From Spirochaetaceae bacterium (GTDB taxonomy: Bacteria > Spirochaetota > Spirochaetia > DSM-2461), in contig JAOPTT010000006.1 in NCBI GenBank assembly GCA_051531975.1, positions 224,656 through 288,655 on the forward strand: 64,000 nt of DNA. The letters run 5' to 3'. The translations under genes and the position numbers were made by a program. Position 1 is the stretch's first letter; each line of letters starts with the position of its first letter. Below are positions 52,141 to 61,143 of the stretch, piece by piece. The notes beneath the pieces were generated by a model. The model was not told the DNA's origin. It did not search any database and worked only from the letters and a program-made list of their open reading frames with translations.

Positions 52141-52989
52141 ATGAATAAAAAAATTGTAATTGCTATATTAGTAATAATTTTAATCATAGGAACATATTTA
52201 ATTTTGGATACAGTTGTAAATAATAAGGTTTCAGATCAAGTTGATTTAGCCATTGATGGTATTGATATAAGTGGAATGAAAGTATCTTATGGAGAAATAG
52301 ATCTAAATTTAGCTGGGTTAGATATGATTATATCTGATGTTAGATTAACATCAGAAGATGATGAGTCAATATTAATTGAAAAGGTTACTATAGAGAAAAT
52401 TGATCTTACCAATGATATCCCACAATATTTAGTATTAAAAGCAAAAAATATTAGATTTGATAAAATTCTTAACTTAAAAAATATCGGATTAGAAGAAAAT
52501 GTTTCATTTGATGTTGAATTAGACTATAAAGCAGATAAATCAGGTGATTTTAATTTAAATAAATTAAATATATATTCAGAACCATTAGGAGAGTTAGATT
52601 TATCATTAAAATTAGGAAATGTAGAGCTAACAGAAACTTTTCTTAATGATATCGATAATGAAATAGAAGATATTTCTCTATACAAATGCTCCATTAGTTA
52701 TGATGATTTTGGTTTTATTAATAAGATTACAACGTTATTTGGTAGTTTATATGGTGCAACTTCAGAAGAGTTTTCAGAAATGATATCTGGATTATTAGAA
52801 TATCAATCTACCACTGTTAAAAGTCCAGATGTAAAGGAATATCTTAATTTTGCAGCTAATTATATAGTTGATCCAACAAAAGTCACAATAACTGTCGCAC
52901 CTAACGATGCAATTAGTATAAAAGACTTAGATAAGAGTGAAAATCCCTTTGATATTTTAGAATTATTAAACCTAAAAATTAAAAATTGA
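52141..52989 (+). CDS. Hypothetical membrane-anchored periplasmic protein
   Basis: 282-aa ORF, AGGAG RBS, N-terminal TM, acidic beta-rich body. Confidence 0.75.
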   Translation: MNKKIVIAILVIILIIGTYLILDTVVNNKVSDQVDLAIDGIDISGMKVSYGEIDLNLAGLDMIISDVRLTSEDDESILIEKVTIEKIDLTNDIPQYLVLKAKNIRFDKILNLKNIGLEENVSFDVELDYKADKSGDFNLNKLNIYSEPLGELDLSLKLGNVELTETFLNDIDNEIEDISLYKCSISYDDFGFINKITTLFGSLYGATSEEFSEMISGLLEYQSTTVKSPDVKEYLNFAANYIVDPTKVTITVAPNDAISIKDLDKSENPFDILELLNLKIKN

Positions 52990-53063
52990 ATAGAGTTAGT
53001 ATTGTTTTCGGTCAAGATAATTTGCTAATTGATTTAAGTTATGAATTATTTTATTATTTGAAG

Positions 53064-53495
53064 ATGAAAAAATTATTATTTATTTTGATATTAGTAACTA
53101 GTTTCTCTATTTATTCAGAAACTAATTATAATAGTAAAGTAAACATCCTATTAACTAAAAAGTTATATATAAAAAAAACTGGTCTAGAAGAAAACGTTAT
53201 CATAGGTTACCTTTTTTTGAGAACAAGTGCTAAAAGTAGAGAAGAATCAATGTCCTCTATAAATAAATTAATAAAAATTGTTGATGAAGGTTATACCACT
53301 TGTGACAAAATATTAGTTAGTAACTTTAGTTTTATACCATATGATTCTCTAAGATATGTTGATGAATATACTGAAGTCAATATGGATGAAATTACTACAA
53401 AATCTAATACTGCAACTAACACTGAGATATTTTTATATACTGCTATGGGTGATAGTTGGGAGAATCAGGGAAACCAGTTAGATTCTGGCCTTTAA
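53064..53495 (+). CDS. Hypothetical secreted protein
   Basis: MKKLLFILIL signal peptide at ATG 53064, preceded by TTGATT-17-TATTAT. Confidence 0.6.
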   Translation: MKKLLFILILVTSFSIYSETNYNSKVNILLTKKLYIKKTGLEENVIIGYLFLRTSAKSREESMSSINKLIKIVDEGYTTCDKILVSNFSFIPYDSLRYVDEYTEVNMDEITTKSNTATNTEIFLYTAMGDSWENQGNQLDSGL

Positions 53496-55038
53496 TTTTT
53501 TTACTAAAACGTAATAATGTTATGTAATATCTATTTATATTTGACTCATTTAAGTTATTCAGAGGTTCTTTTTCTGGATAATGTTCAAAAAAATATCCCA
53601 CTTTATTAACTATATGTATTATATCTTTTAGTTGAGTTTCTCCAATAATTACTTTCTTCAAAGCCTTTAGAGAGTTATTTAAATCGATTTCTATCTCATT
53701 ATATAATGTCAAACCAGTTGTCGTATACTGATACTTATTAGTTTTCGGGGATATATATTCAGTATCAATAATTTTAATAAATTCATCATTATTGATTAAA
53801 GGAACCCCTAAATCCATTCCATTTTGTGTAAGATCAAATATATTATTAGTCCCACATAGAAGTTCCTTAGCATATAAAGAGTATTCATATAAAATGGTAT
53901 CTGTATTTTCTATATCCCCAACTTTGTTTTTAACATCTTGTAATGGCCTTTTTAAGCAGTTTATATAGCTATCACCTGGATTTAACTTATTCCATCCTAT
54001 AAGTGATGATATGTGGTATGGAGATCCTTTACTATGTGTTTTTCCTCGTCTATATGCGAAGTCTAAACCAGCTAAAAATATAGAGTTCTTCGCAATTTTT
54101 AAGCCAATATAAATTGCAGTTATTCCAACAGAACCTAGAGGTGGTAACATCTCATCGGATATACCCATATTTTTTATTTTTGTTAGTAAATTAGAATCAG
54201 AAAACTTTGTAATAGAATGATACTTATTTCCAGTTAAGTTTCTTAATACCCCAGGATAACTAGAGAGGTCATATATTATATCGATGTTTTTATCTTTAGC
54301 TCCATAAAAATCTGGCAGATTATAAAATTGTGCTTCTAATGCTAGAACTACATCCGGGGTAATATCGTATTCTAATAAAATTTGTAGTGCAGTATCTACA
54401 CATAAAATAAATACCTTTTCTCTATAAGTTATAAGTAGATCAAGAATCTTTTCTGTAGATTCTCCAGCCCCAATAATGACTATAGGCTTATTGGTTTTAA
54501 TTTCAGTATATGGTTTTGATTTATCAAGGTAGGGTAGGTTCTTAATGCTATTTTTGATCCATAAATGGCCCATTTGTGTCAATGTATATCTATTTTTCCA
54601 ATAGGTATGAAGTTGTTTTAAAAGAATTTGTAAAATATTATCATATTCACTTTTATGAAGTTCATAACCACCGTTTAAATTAATTAATTCACATCTTTTA
54701 AATGTAGAAAAATTTAATTTATTTAATATACTAATGAAATCAAAACCATTTCTAATAATTATAATATCATTTTTATTATTTGATATTGAGTATAGCAAAC
54801 TATCTAATTCTAACTGAAGTAACATAGAAGAATTAGGTATTCTATTTTGTAACTCTTTTAATCCGTAACCTAATAGAGGAGAAGTAAATATATATATAGT
54901 ATCTTCTTGAAATTTTAAATTATCGATAAGCTTTAAAACAGATTTTAATGGATCATATTTAGAATATAATAGTCTATTTTTATATTTAATAGACATTCCC
55001 TTACTAGTTTCTACAAGTAAGGGTTTGTCTACTGTCAT
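53443..55038 (-). CDS. Motility-associated factor (Maf_flag10/DUF115, MptE-like) protein
   Basis: LYSKYDP, IIGAGES, LCVDTAL, PD.V..LE, GSVG, LAGLDFAY...H motifs. Confidence 0.82.
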   Translation of the reverse strand: MTVDKPLLVETSKGMSIKYKNRLLYSKYDPLKSVLKLIDNLKFQEDTIYIFTSPLLGYGLKELQNRIPNSSMLLQLELDSLLYSISNNKNDIIIIRNGFDFISILNKLNFSTFKRCELINLNGGYELHKSEYDNILQILLKQLHTYWKNRYTLTQMGHLWIKNSIKNLPYLDKSKPYTEIKTNKPIVIIGAGESTEKILDLLITYREKVFILCVDTALQILLEYDITPDVVLALEAQFYNLPDFYGAKDKNIDIIYDLSSYPGVLRNLTGNKYHSITKFSDSNLLTKIKNMGISDEMLPPLGSVGITAIYIGLKIAKNSIFLAGLDFAYRRGKTHSKGSPYHISSLIGWNKLNPGDSYINCLKRPLQDVKNKVGDIENTDTILYEYSLYAKELLCGTNNIFDLTQNGMDLGVPLINNDEFIKIIDTEYISPKTNKYQYTTTGLTLYNEIEIDLNNSLKALKKVIIGETQLKDIIHIVNKVGYFFEHYPEKEPLNNLNESNINRYYITLLRFSKKIKGQNLTGFPDSPNYHP

Positions 55039-55040
55039 TT

Positions 55041-56507
55041 TTATATACCTTGATTAATAGTTAAGATCTCAAGATAACCTGCAAAAAAGTTATCTGTAAA
55101 TTTATCAGATCTCATTATTAGGTCTTCACTAACTAAACTTTTAAAGCTTAATAATGCTCTATCAAGTGAATATAATACATAATCATCAGTTAAAGCTTCA
55201 TCAGATACAGCTTCTTTTAACTTAAATACAGAAATTGTATCACCTAAAACAATAGGTTCAGATACATTAGAATCATTTAAATCAAACAGTGTAGTAAAAA
55301 AGTTTTCATTATTAACTGCTCTACTAAAAATAGGATCCTGACTTACTCTATTAACTGATGTTGATAACATCTGTTCTGCTCCATAGTTAATTGAAAACAG
55401 GCCAGTCTCTTTAATCTCTTTACCTAATGTAATTAAGTCATTATCCTCAATTCCGTTAATAACATTATAGAAATGATCTTCAATCATTCCTCTTTCATAG
55501 GATAACAGATATTTATGTATTTCAGTTAGGTTAGAGAAATCTGGTGCTGCAATATCTTCTGTAAGTGTTAATAATATGATCTCTCCATCTTTCTCAACAA
55601 CATAAGGTGCTGAAGTCGTAGTTAAAGAAAGAATATCTGCACTATCTGTAATACCAAAAATACTTTCTAATTCATATTCATAAGTAGGATTCATAACTCC
55701 TTCCTTATTCTTAAAATTATCAGTTGAATAAGTTGCAGCTAAATCTTTAAATGAAGCTTCTTTATTGTTTACTTTTTCAAGTATCTCATCAGCTTTACTC
55801 ATATCATTAACAGTAATTCTAGAAAATAATAATTTAGTAAAGACTTTAGAGTTATTATTTGCATATTCTCTAGCTAATTCATCTGGATAATCAGAATAAA
55901 AAAGTGTTACATAATTAAAGTTTCTTTTTTCATTACTCATAGAAGAGATAAACTCTAAATATTTTTTACTTCTTTTTTGTTGTAGAAGAGTATGATACTG
56001 CCAACTTGATACTTTTAATTCACGCTCAACATTATTTCTTAACTCTTGCTTTTGTGATTCTGTAGTATTACTAAAAACTTTTGAACTAAAACTTCCGTTT
56101 ACATTATAGTATCCTGAGTTTAAAACAGCATCATCTAATTGCTCTTTAGATACAAAATATCCATTTGAAGTAAAATCTTCAATTGCAGCAGCTTTCACTA
56201 CAGCTCTTTTGTATGCAGCTTGAGCTAATCTAGGGTCCATAGAATCAGTAGTATTTGAACTTAGTGAAGCTAATTCTCTTTTAAATGGAGTTTCCTTAAG
56301 GAAACTAAATGTAATTTTTTCATCACCATAAGAACCTAATTCTATATCTGCCATTTTAGTTTGGGTTAAATCTGTTAATGCTGGTGCAACTACGAAACTT
56401 ACTACTACTACTAGTAGAATAAGTACTGAACCTATTAAAGTTCCAAGACTTTTGTTGCTTACAGTCTTTTTAGTTTTTTTGTTAAAATTGGTTGTTTTAG
56501 AAGCCAT
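55041..56507 (-). CDS. Membrane-anchored SurA/PpiD-like periplasmic chaperone (parvulin domain)
   Basis: N-terminal TM; G.FS...F SurA_N-like region; ASFKDLAATYSTD...EG parvulin motif; VSEPI. Confidence 0.72.
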   Translation of the reverse strand: MASKTTNFNKKTKKTVSNKSLGTLIGSVLILLVVVVSFVVAPALTDLTQTKMADIELGSYGDEKITFSFLKETPFKRELASLSSNTTDSMDPRLAQAAYKRAVVKAAAIEDFTSNGYFVSKEQLDDAVLNSGYYNVNGSFSSKVFSNTTESQKQELRNNVERELKVSSWQYHTLLQQKRSKKYLEFISSMSNEKRNFNYVTLFYSDYPDELAREYANNNSKVFTKLLFSRITVNDMSKADEILEKVNNKEASFKDLAATYSTDNFKNKEGVMNPTYEYELESIFGITDSADILSLTTTSAPYVVEKDGEIILLTLTEDIAAPDFSNLTEIHKYLLSYERGMIEDHFYNVINGIEDNDLITLGKEIKETGLFSINYGAEQMLSTSVNRVSQDPIFSRAVNNENFFTTLFDLNDSNVSEPIVLGDTISVFKLKEAVSDEALTDDYVLYSLDRALLSFKSLVSEDLIMRSDKFTDNFFAGYLEILTINQGI

Positions 56508-56691
56508 TAATTATTGTCCTTATATTATTGTTTCAGTACAAAAAATTACCATGAAAGCATATGGTTGTCAATCTATACTGATAATAGGTTAAAAATTCTT
56601 TTAATTAACGGTTATCAGGATAGAAAGAGATTATATTTTTTGTTATTATACATTAATAATTTATAAGTAATTGTTCGTTTAGGAGTTAACA

Positions 56692-58332
56692 TTGATAAGT
56701 TGTAGTAATATATCCCTTGCATTTGGTAAGAGATCACTTTTTAAAGATGTAAATATTAAATTTACACCTGGAAATTGTTATGGATTAATAGGTGCAAATG
56801 GTGCTGGGAAATCAACATTTATAAAAGTTCTATCTGGTGAGTTAGAACACGATGCAGGAGATATTCATATTACTCCTGGTGAAAGAATGGCTGTATTAGC
56901 CCAAGATCACTTTGCTTACGATGAGCATACAGTTATGAATACTGTTATAATGGGTCATGAAAAATTATATAAAATAATGGCAGAAAAAGATGCTATATAT
57001 GCAAAAGAAGACTTTACTGACGAAGATGGTATGAAGGCAAGTGAGCTAGAAGGTGAGTTTGCTGAGTTAAATGGTTGGGAAGCAGAGAGTGAAGCAGGTA
57101 TCCTATTATCAGGTTTAGGTGTTACTAGTGAGTTTTACGATACACTAATGAAAGAATTAGATGATACTGTAAAGGTTCGAGTTTTATTAGCACAAGCCCT
57201 GTTTGGTAATCCAGATATTCTATTATTAGATGAGCCAACAAACCACTTGGATATAGAATCTATTAAATGGTTAGAAGACTTTTTATATAAGTTTACTAAT
57301 ACTGTTGTTGTAGTTTCTCATGATAGACATTTTTTAAATCAGGTATGTACACATATTGCTGATATTGATTATGGAAAATTAACAACATATGTTGGTAACT
57401 ATGACTTTTGGTATCAAACAAGTCAGATGATTGCTAAGCAGATGAAAGATCAAAAGAAAAAAGCTGAAGATAAAGCTGCAGATTTAAAAAGTTTTATTGC
57501 ACGTTTTAGTAGTAATGCTTCTAAAGCAAAGCAGGCTACAAGTAGAAAGAAACAGTTAGAAAAGCTAAATATAGAAGATATCAAAGCATCTTCAAGAAAA
57601 TTTCCATATGTTGCATTTAAACCAGAAAGAGATGCTGGGAAAGTTATTTTAGAAGTTGAAGGTTTATCTAAAACTATGGATGGAGAAGTTTTGTTTAAAG
57701 ACTTAACTTTTCAAATCAACTCAGAAGATAAAGTTGCATTTGTTGGACCTCAAAATCAGGCTAAGACAGTTCTTTTCCAAATATTAGCTGGAGAGGTTGA
57801 GGCAGATTCTGGAAGTATCAATTGGGGTATTACAACATCAAAATCTCTTTTCCCAAAAGATAACTCTGAGTATTTTAACGAAAGTATAAATATGACTGAT
57901 TGGTTAAGACAGTTTTCTAAAGAGCCAGACGATGCATTTATTCGAGGTTTCCTAGGTAGAATGTTATTCTCTGGGGATGAATCGTTAAAAGATGTAACTG
58001 TTTTATCTGGTGGAGAGAAAGTTAGATGTATGTTGTCGAAAATGATGTTAGAAGAGTCTAATGTTCTTTTAATGGATGAGCCAACTGCCCATTTAGACTT
58101 AGAATCAATCACCTCTTTAAATAATGGTCTAATAGACTTTAAAGGTGTTTTACTATTCAACTCCCACGATCATCAGTTTGTAGAGTCTATATGTAACAGA
58201 ATTATTGAATTTACACCCACTGGTATAATTGATAGAAAATGTACATTTGAAGAATACCTATCTAATGATATCGTTGCAAAACTACGTGATGAAGCTTATC
58301 ATGACGGTTCACATAAACAATTAACAATATAA
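56692..58332 (+). CDS. ABC-F family ATPase (YbiT/YkpA-like ribosome-associated factor)
   Basis: Two ABC domains, no TMs; GANGAGKST, LLDEPTNHLD, GNYDFWY, RFSSNASKAKQATSR, LSGGEKVR. Confidence 0.95.
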   Translation: MISCSNISLAFGKRSLFKDVNIKFTPGNCYGLIGANGAGKSTFIKVLSGELEHDAGDIHITPGERMAVLAQDHFAYDEHTVMNTVIMGHEKLYKIMAEKDAIYAKEDFTDEDGMKASELEGEFAELNGWEAESEAGILLSGLGVTSEFYDTLMKELDDTVKVRVLLAQALFGNPDILLLDEPTNHLDIESIKWLEDFLYKFTNTVVVVSHDRHFLNQVCTHIADIDYGKLTTYVGNYDFWYQTSQMIAKQMKDQKKKAEDKAADLKSFIARFSSNASKAKQATSRKKQLEKLNIEDIKASSRKFPYVAFKPERDAGKVILEVEGLSKTMDGEVLFKDLTFQINSEDKVAFVGPQNQAKTVLFQILAGEVEADSGSINWGITTSKSLFPKDNSEYFNESINMTDWLRQFSKEPDDAFIRGFLGRMLFSGDESLKDVTVLSGGEKVRCMLSKMMLEESNVLLMDEPTAHLDLESITSLNNGLIDFKGVLLFNSHDHQFVESICNRIIEFTPTGIIDRKCTFEEYLSNDIVAKLRDEAYHDGSHKQLTI

Positions 58333-58341
58333 TTATATAAT

Positions 58342-58365
58342 GCCCCTGGATAAGGGGCTTTTTAT
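58342..58365 (+). terminator. Intrinsic terminator
   Basis: GCCCCT-GGATA-AGGGGC followed by TTTTT. Confidence 0.8.
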
Positions 58366-59969
58366 TTCTCGAAATTATCTATAAATCTAAATGAAATCAG
58401 ACATAAAAATAGTAAAATAGATCCTAGAGCACAAGCTCCATAAAAGTTATATGAACCTATTAACTGATAAATTGCTAATGGTATAGTTACAAATTCTTGG
58501 GGAGCCAACATTATTGATGCGTTCATCTCTCCTATAGAGAGGGCGAAAGAAAAAATAGCTGCAGTAGTTATGCCACTCTTTAATAATGGAAGTTCAATAT
58601 GAATAAAAGTTTTAATCCTACTATATCCAAGAGACATTGATGACTCTATCAAGGAGTAATTTATTGTTTTATATATGTTATTTATAGATCTTACACTTAA
58701 AGGCATAGCGATTATTGTATGAGCTAAAACAATTAGTATATACGACCTTGGTAAATTAAGGGTTAAATAACTTAGACCAATTATAATTGATGAGATTCCC
58801 ATTGGTAGAAAAAACAGCAGTGTATATAAGGATTTAAACTTAAATTTTAAATTTAAATTATAAGTAATCAATAAAGAAAATGGCACAGTTAATAATACTG
58901 TTGAAAATCCTAAAATTAATGAATTCTTTATGGCATATAGTGCAGTTCTATTAAATTTATTATTCAAACCACCAAATATTGATTTATACCAATGTAACGA
59001 TAGTTCGCTACCACTTGTAAAACCATCTTTTTTTAAGAATGAGCTAACTACTATTGTAATTAAAGGTGATAATAATATTACAAAAAGTGGTATTAGATAT
59101 AAAATAAACATAGTTAGACTTTTTTTGCTTAATTTTTTTTCCAGACTGTGACCACTAGAAAAATTTGAACTTCTTTTTTCACTTTTTAAATATATAAATA
59201 GAACTATAACTGTAATCAAACTTTCAACTATAGATAGAGAAGCTGCTTTCGGTAAATTTAGTGATATTCTTGCGAAACGATATACTTCGACTTCAATTGT
59301 AGAAAGACTTGGTCCACCACCTAAAACAAGAATAATACCAAAACTCATAAAACAATATAGAAATATTAAAGTAAAACTTGTAATAATACCTGGTGTTAAA
59401 AAAGGGAATGTTATCCTAAAAAAAGTCTTAATTTTTCCTGCACCTAAAGAGTTAGAAGCTTCTGTTAATTCATGGGGAATCTTTTTCCATCTAGATGATA
59501 TAATTCTGATAGCTAAGGGAAAATTATAAAATATGTGGGCTAATAATACCGCTTTTAAAGAGTATAATATTCTTAAAGGTGGCTTTTCTAAATTAAAGAT
59601 GTCTACTAAGAGGTTATTAATTACACCTTTATTACCAAATAGTAATACAAAACCTAAAACTGTTAAAATGGAAGGTAATACAAAGGGTAAACTAGCTAAA
59701 GCTAAAAATATTTTTTTTCCAAAGAAATTATATCTTGTAACTAAGTAAGCACCAGGTAGGGCAATTATAATTGATAAAAGGCTACTCAAAAAAGCTTGGT
59801 ATATCGTAAAACTTATAATTTTTCTGTAATAAAAACTGTTAAAAATTTCAGAAAAAAAAGATCTATTTAACCCCTTAGAAAGTACGTTAATAAGGGGTAG
59901 ATAAAAGAAAATTAATATTAAAATTAGAGGAAAAAGGATTAACCCCTTTTTCCCTATTTGAATATTCAC
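58362..59969 (-). CDS. thiP: Thiamine ABC transporter permease
   Basis: FT..QA.LS, LPFVLP, LAH.FYN.P, two EAA loops; downstream of thiB. Confidence 0.9.
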   Translation of the reverse strand: MNIQIGKKGLILFPLILILIFFYLPLINVLSKGLNRSFFSEIFNSFYYRKIISFTIYQAFLSSLLSIIIALPGAYLVTRYNFFGKKIFLALASLPFVLPSILTVLGFVLLFGNKGVINNLLVDIFNLEKPPLRILYSLKAVLLAHIFYNFPLAIRIISSRWKKIPHELTEASNSLGAGKIKTFFRITFPFLTPGIITSFTLIFLYCFMSFGIILVLGGGPSLSTIEVEVYRFARISLNLPKAASLSIVESLITVIVLFIYLKSEKRSSNFSSGHSLEKKLSKKSLTMFILYLIPLFVILLSPLITIVVSSFLKKDGFTSGSELSLHWYKSIFGGLNNKFNRTALYAIKNSLILGFSTVLLTVPFSLLITYNLNLKFKFKSLYTLLFFLPMGISSIIIGLSYLTLNLPRSYILIVLAHTIIAMPLSVRSINNIYKTINYSLIESSMSLGYSRIKTFIHIELPLLKSGITTAAIFSFALSIGEMNASIMLAPQEFVTIPLAIYQLIGSYNFYGACALGSILLFLCLISFRFIDNFEK

Positions 59970-60988
59970 TATTTAACTGAATTCTCAGCCCATTCGTTAA
60001 GCCATATATCATAATTTTTTTCAATTAGATCATAATCTAGTTGTAATGTTTTTTTAGGATATAGAGCATAATCAAAAGATTCTGGTAATTCAACTTTACT
60101 GTTTACAGGGAACATCCAATTTGTCATTGGCAGAATATTTTGCGCTTCTTCAGATAACATGAAATCTAAAAACTTCTGTGCATTTAATATATTTTTAGAT
60201 CCCTTAATAATACCAAGACCTTCAAGTTGCATGTAGTTACCTTCCTCAAATATAAGTGCTTGATATCTAGTTGTCTCTTCGTACGCGACATGATATGCAG
60301 GGCTTGTTGTATAACTAAGAACCATTGGGGCTTCACCTTGAGTAAATAGGCCATATCCAGAAGACCATCCATCAGTAATTGTTAAAATTGAAGGTTTAAG
60401 TCTATTCCAATATTCTAAATAGTCATCTCCATAAACTGCTTTTGTCCATAAAAGAAATCCTAAACCAGGACTAGAAGTTCTTGGATCCATAAGAATTAAA
60501 GATTTAGCATATTCAGGTTTAGTTAAATCTTCTAATGACATAGGTGGATTATCTAAAGCTTCAGTATCATAGATAATTGAGAAATAACCATAATCGAAGG
60601 GTACTAAGCTATTTTTTTTATCGAATTGTAAATCTTTATCTAGTGCTTTAACACTATCACTTGAATATGGGGTTAAAATATCAGCTTTTAATGCTTTTGA
60701 AAGCATATTGTTATCAACACCAATAATAATATCTGCTATTGGACTATCTTTTTCACTGATAGCTTTAGTTAATACTGAACCGGCATCTCCAAAATCAACC
60801 ATGTTAACTTTAATACCATATTTTTCTTCAAACAGAGGAATAATCTGTGGTCCTGGACCCCAGTCGGATGTGAATGAATCGTATGCATAAATTGTTAATT
60901 CATCTGTTTCTACTGCAACTTCTTTGTTAGATGATGCAAATAGAACTGTACTACATAAAACGAGTAGTATTAAAAGTAATTTTTTCAT
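59969..60988 (-). CDS. thiB: Thiamine ABC transporter substrate-binding protein
   Basis: YDSF.SDWGPG, DPRTSSPGLGFL, GWS..Y.LF..GEA.MVLSY.TSPAYH, NWMFPV. Confidence 0.95.
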   Translation of the reverse strand: MKKLLLILLVLCSTVLFASSNKEVAVETDELTIYAYDSFTSDWGPGPQIIPLFEEKYGIKVNMVDFGDAGSVLTKAISEKDSPIADIIIGVDNNMLSKALKADILTPYSSDSVKALDKDLQFDKKNSLVPFDYGYFSIIYDTEALDNPPMSLEDLTKPEYAKSLILMDPRTSSPGLGFLLWTKAVYGDDYLEYWNRLKPSILTITDGWSSGYGLFTQGEAPMVLSYTTSPAYHVAYEETTRYQALIFEEGNYMQLEGLGIIKGSKNILNAQKFLDFMLSEEAQNILPMTNWMFPVNSKVELPESFDYALYPKKTLQLDYDLIEKNYDIWLNEWAENSVK

Positions 60989-61016
60989 TAAAATCTCCCA
61001 ATTTTTGGGGGGCTAG

Positions 61017-61105
61017 AAGTGTACTCCCTACGCTGGAATTACCCAGATCAGGTTAACGGGTCTAGTCTCAGATCACTTATTTAGTGAACACCCCGGATTG
61101 AGCTA
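61017..61105 (-). ncRNA. TPP riboswitch (THI element)
   Basis: Minus strand GGGGTG...CTGAGA...ACCCGTTAACCTGATCTGGGTAATTCCAGCGTAGGGA, upstream of thiB. Confidence 0.95.
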
Positions 61106-61143
61106 ACAATACATTTTATTTGTAATTATGTAAATTACTATAG

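Noticed and set aside
56692..58332. ABC-F as the missing ThiQ, or as an antibiotic-resistance ABC-F
   Set aside because: Opposite strand to thiBP, twin-ABC architecture, and a YbiT-like housekeeping linker motif.
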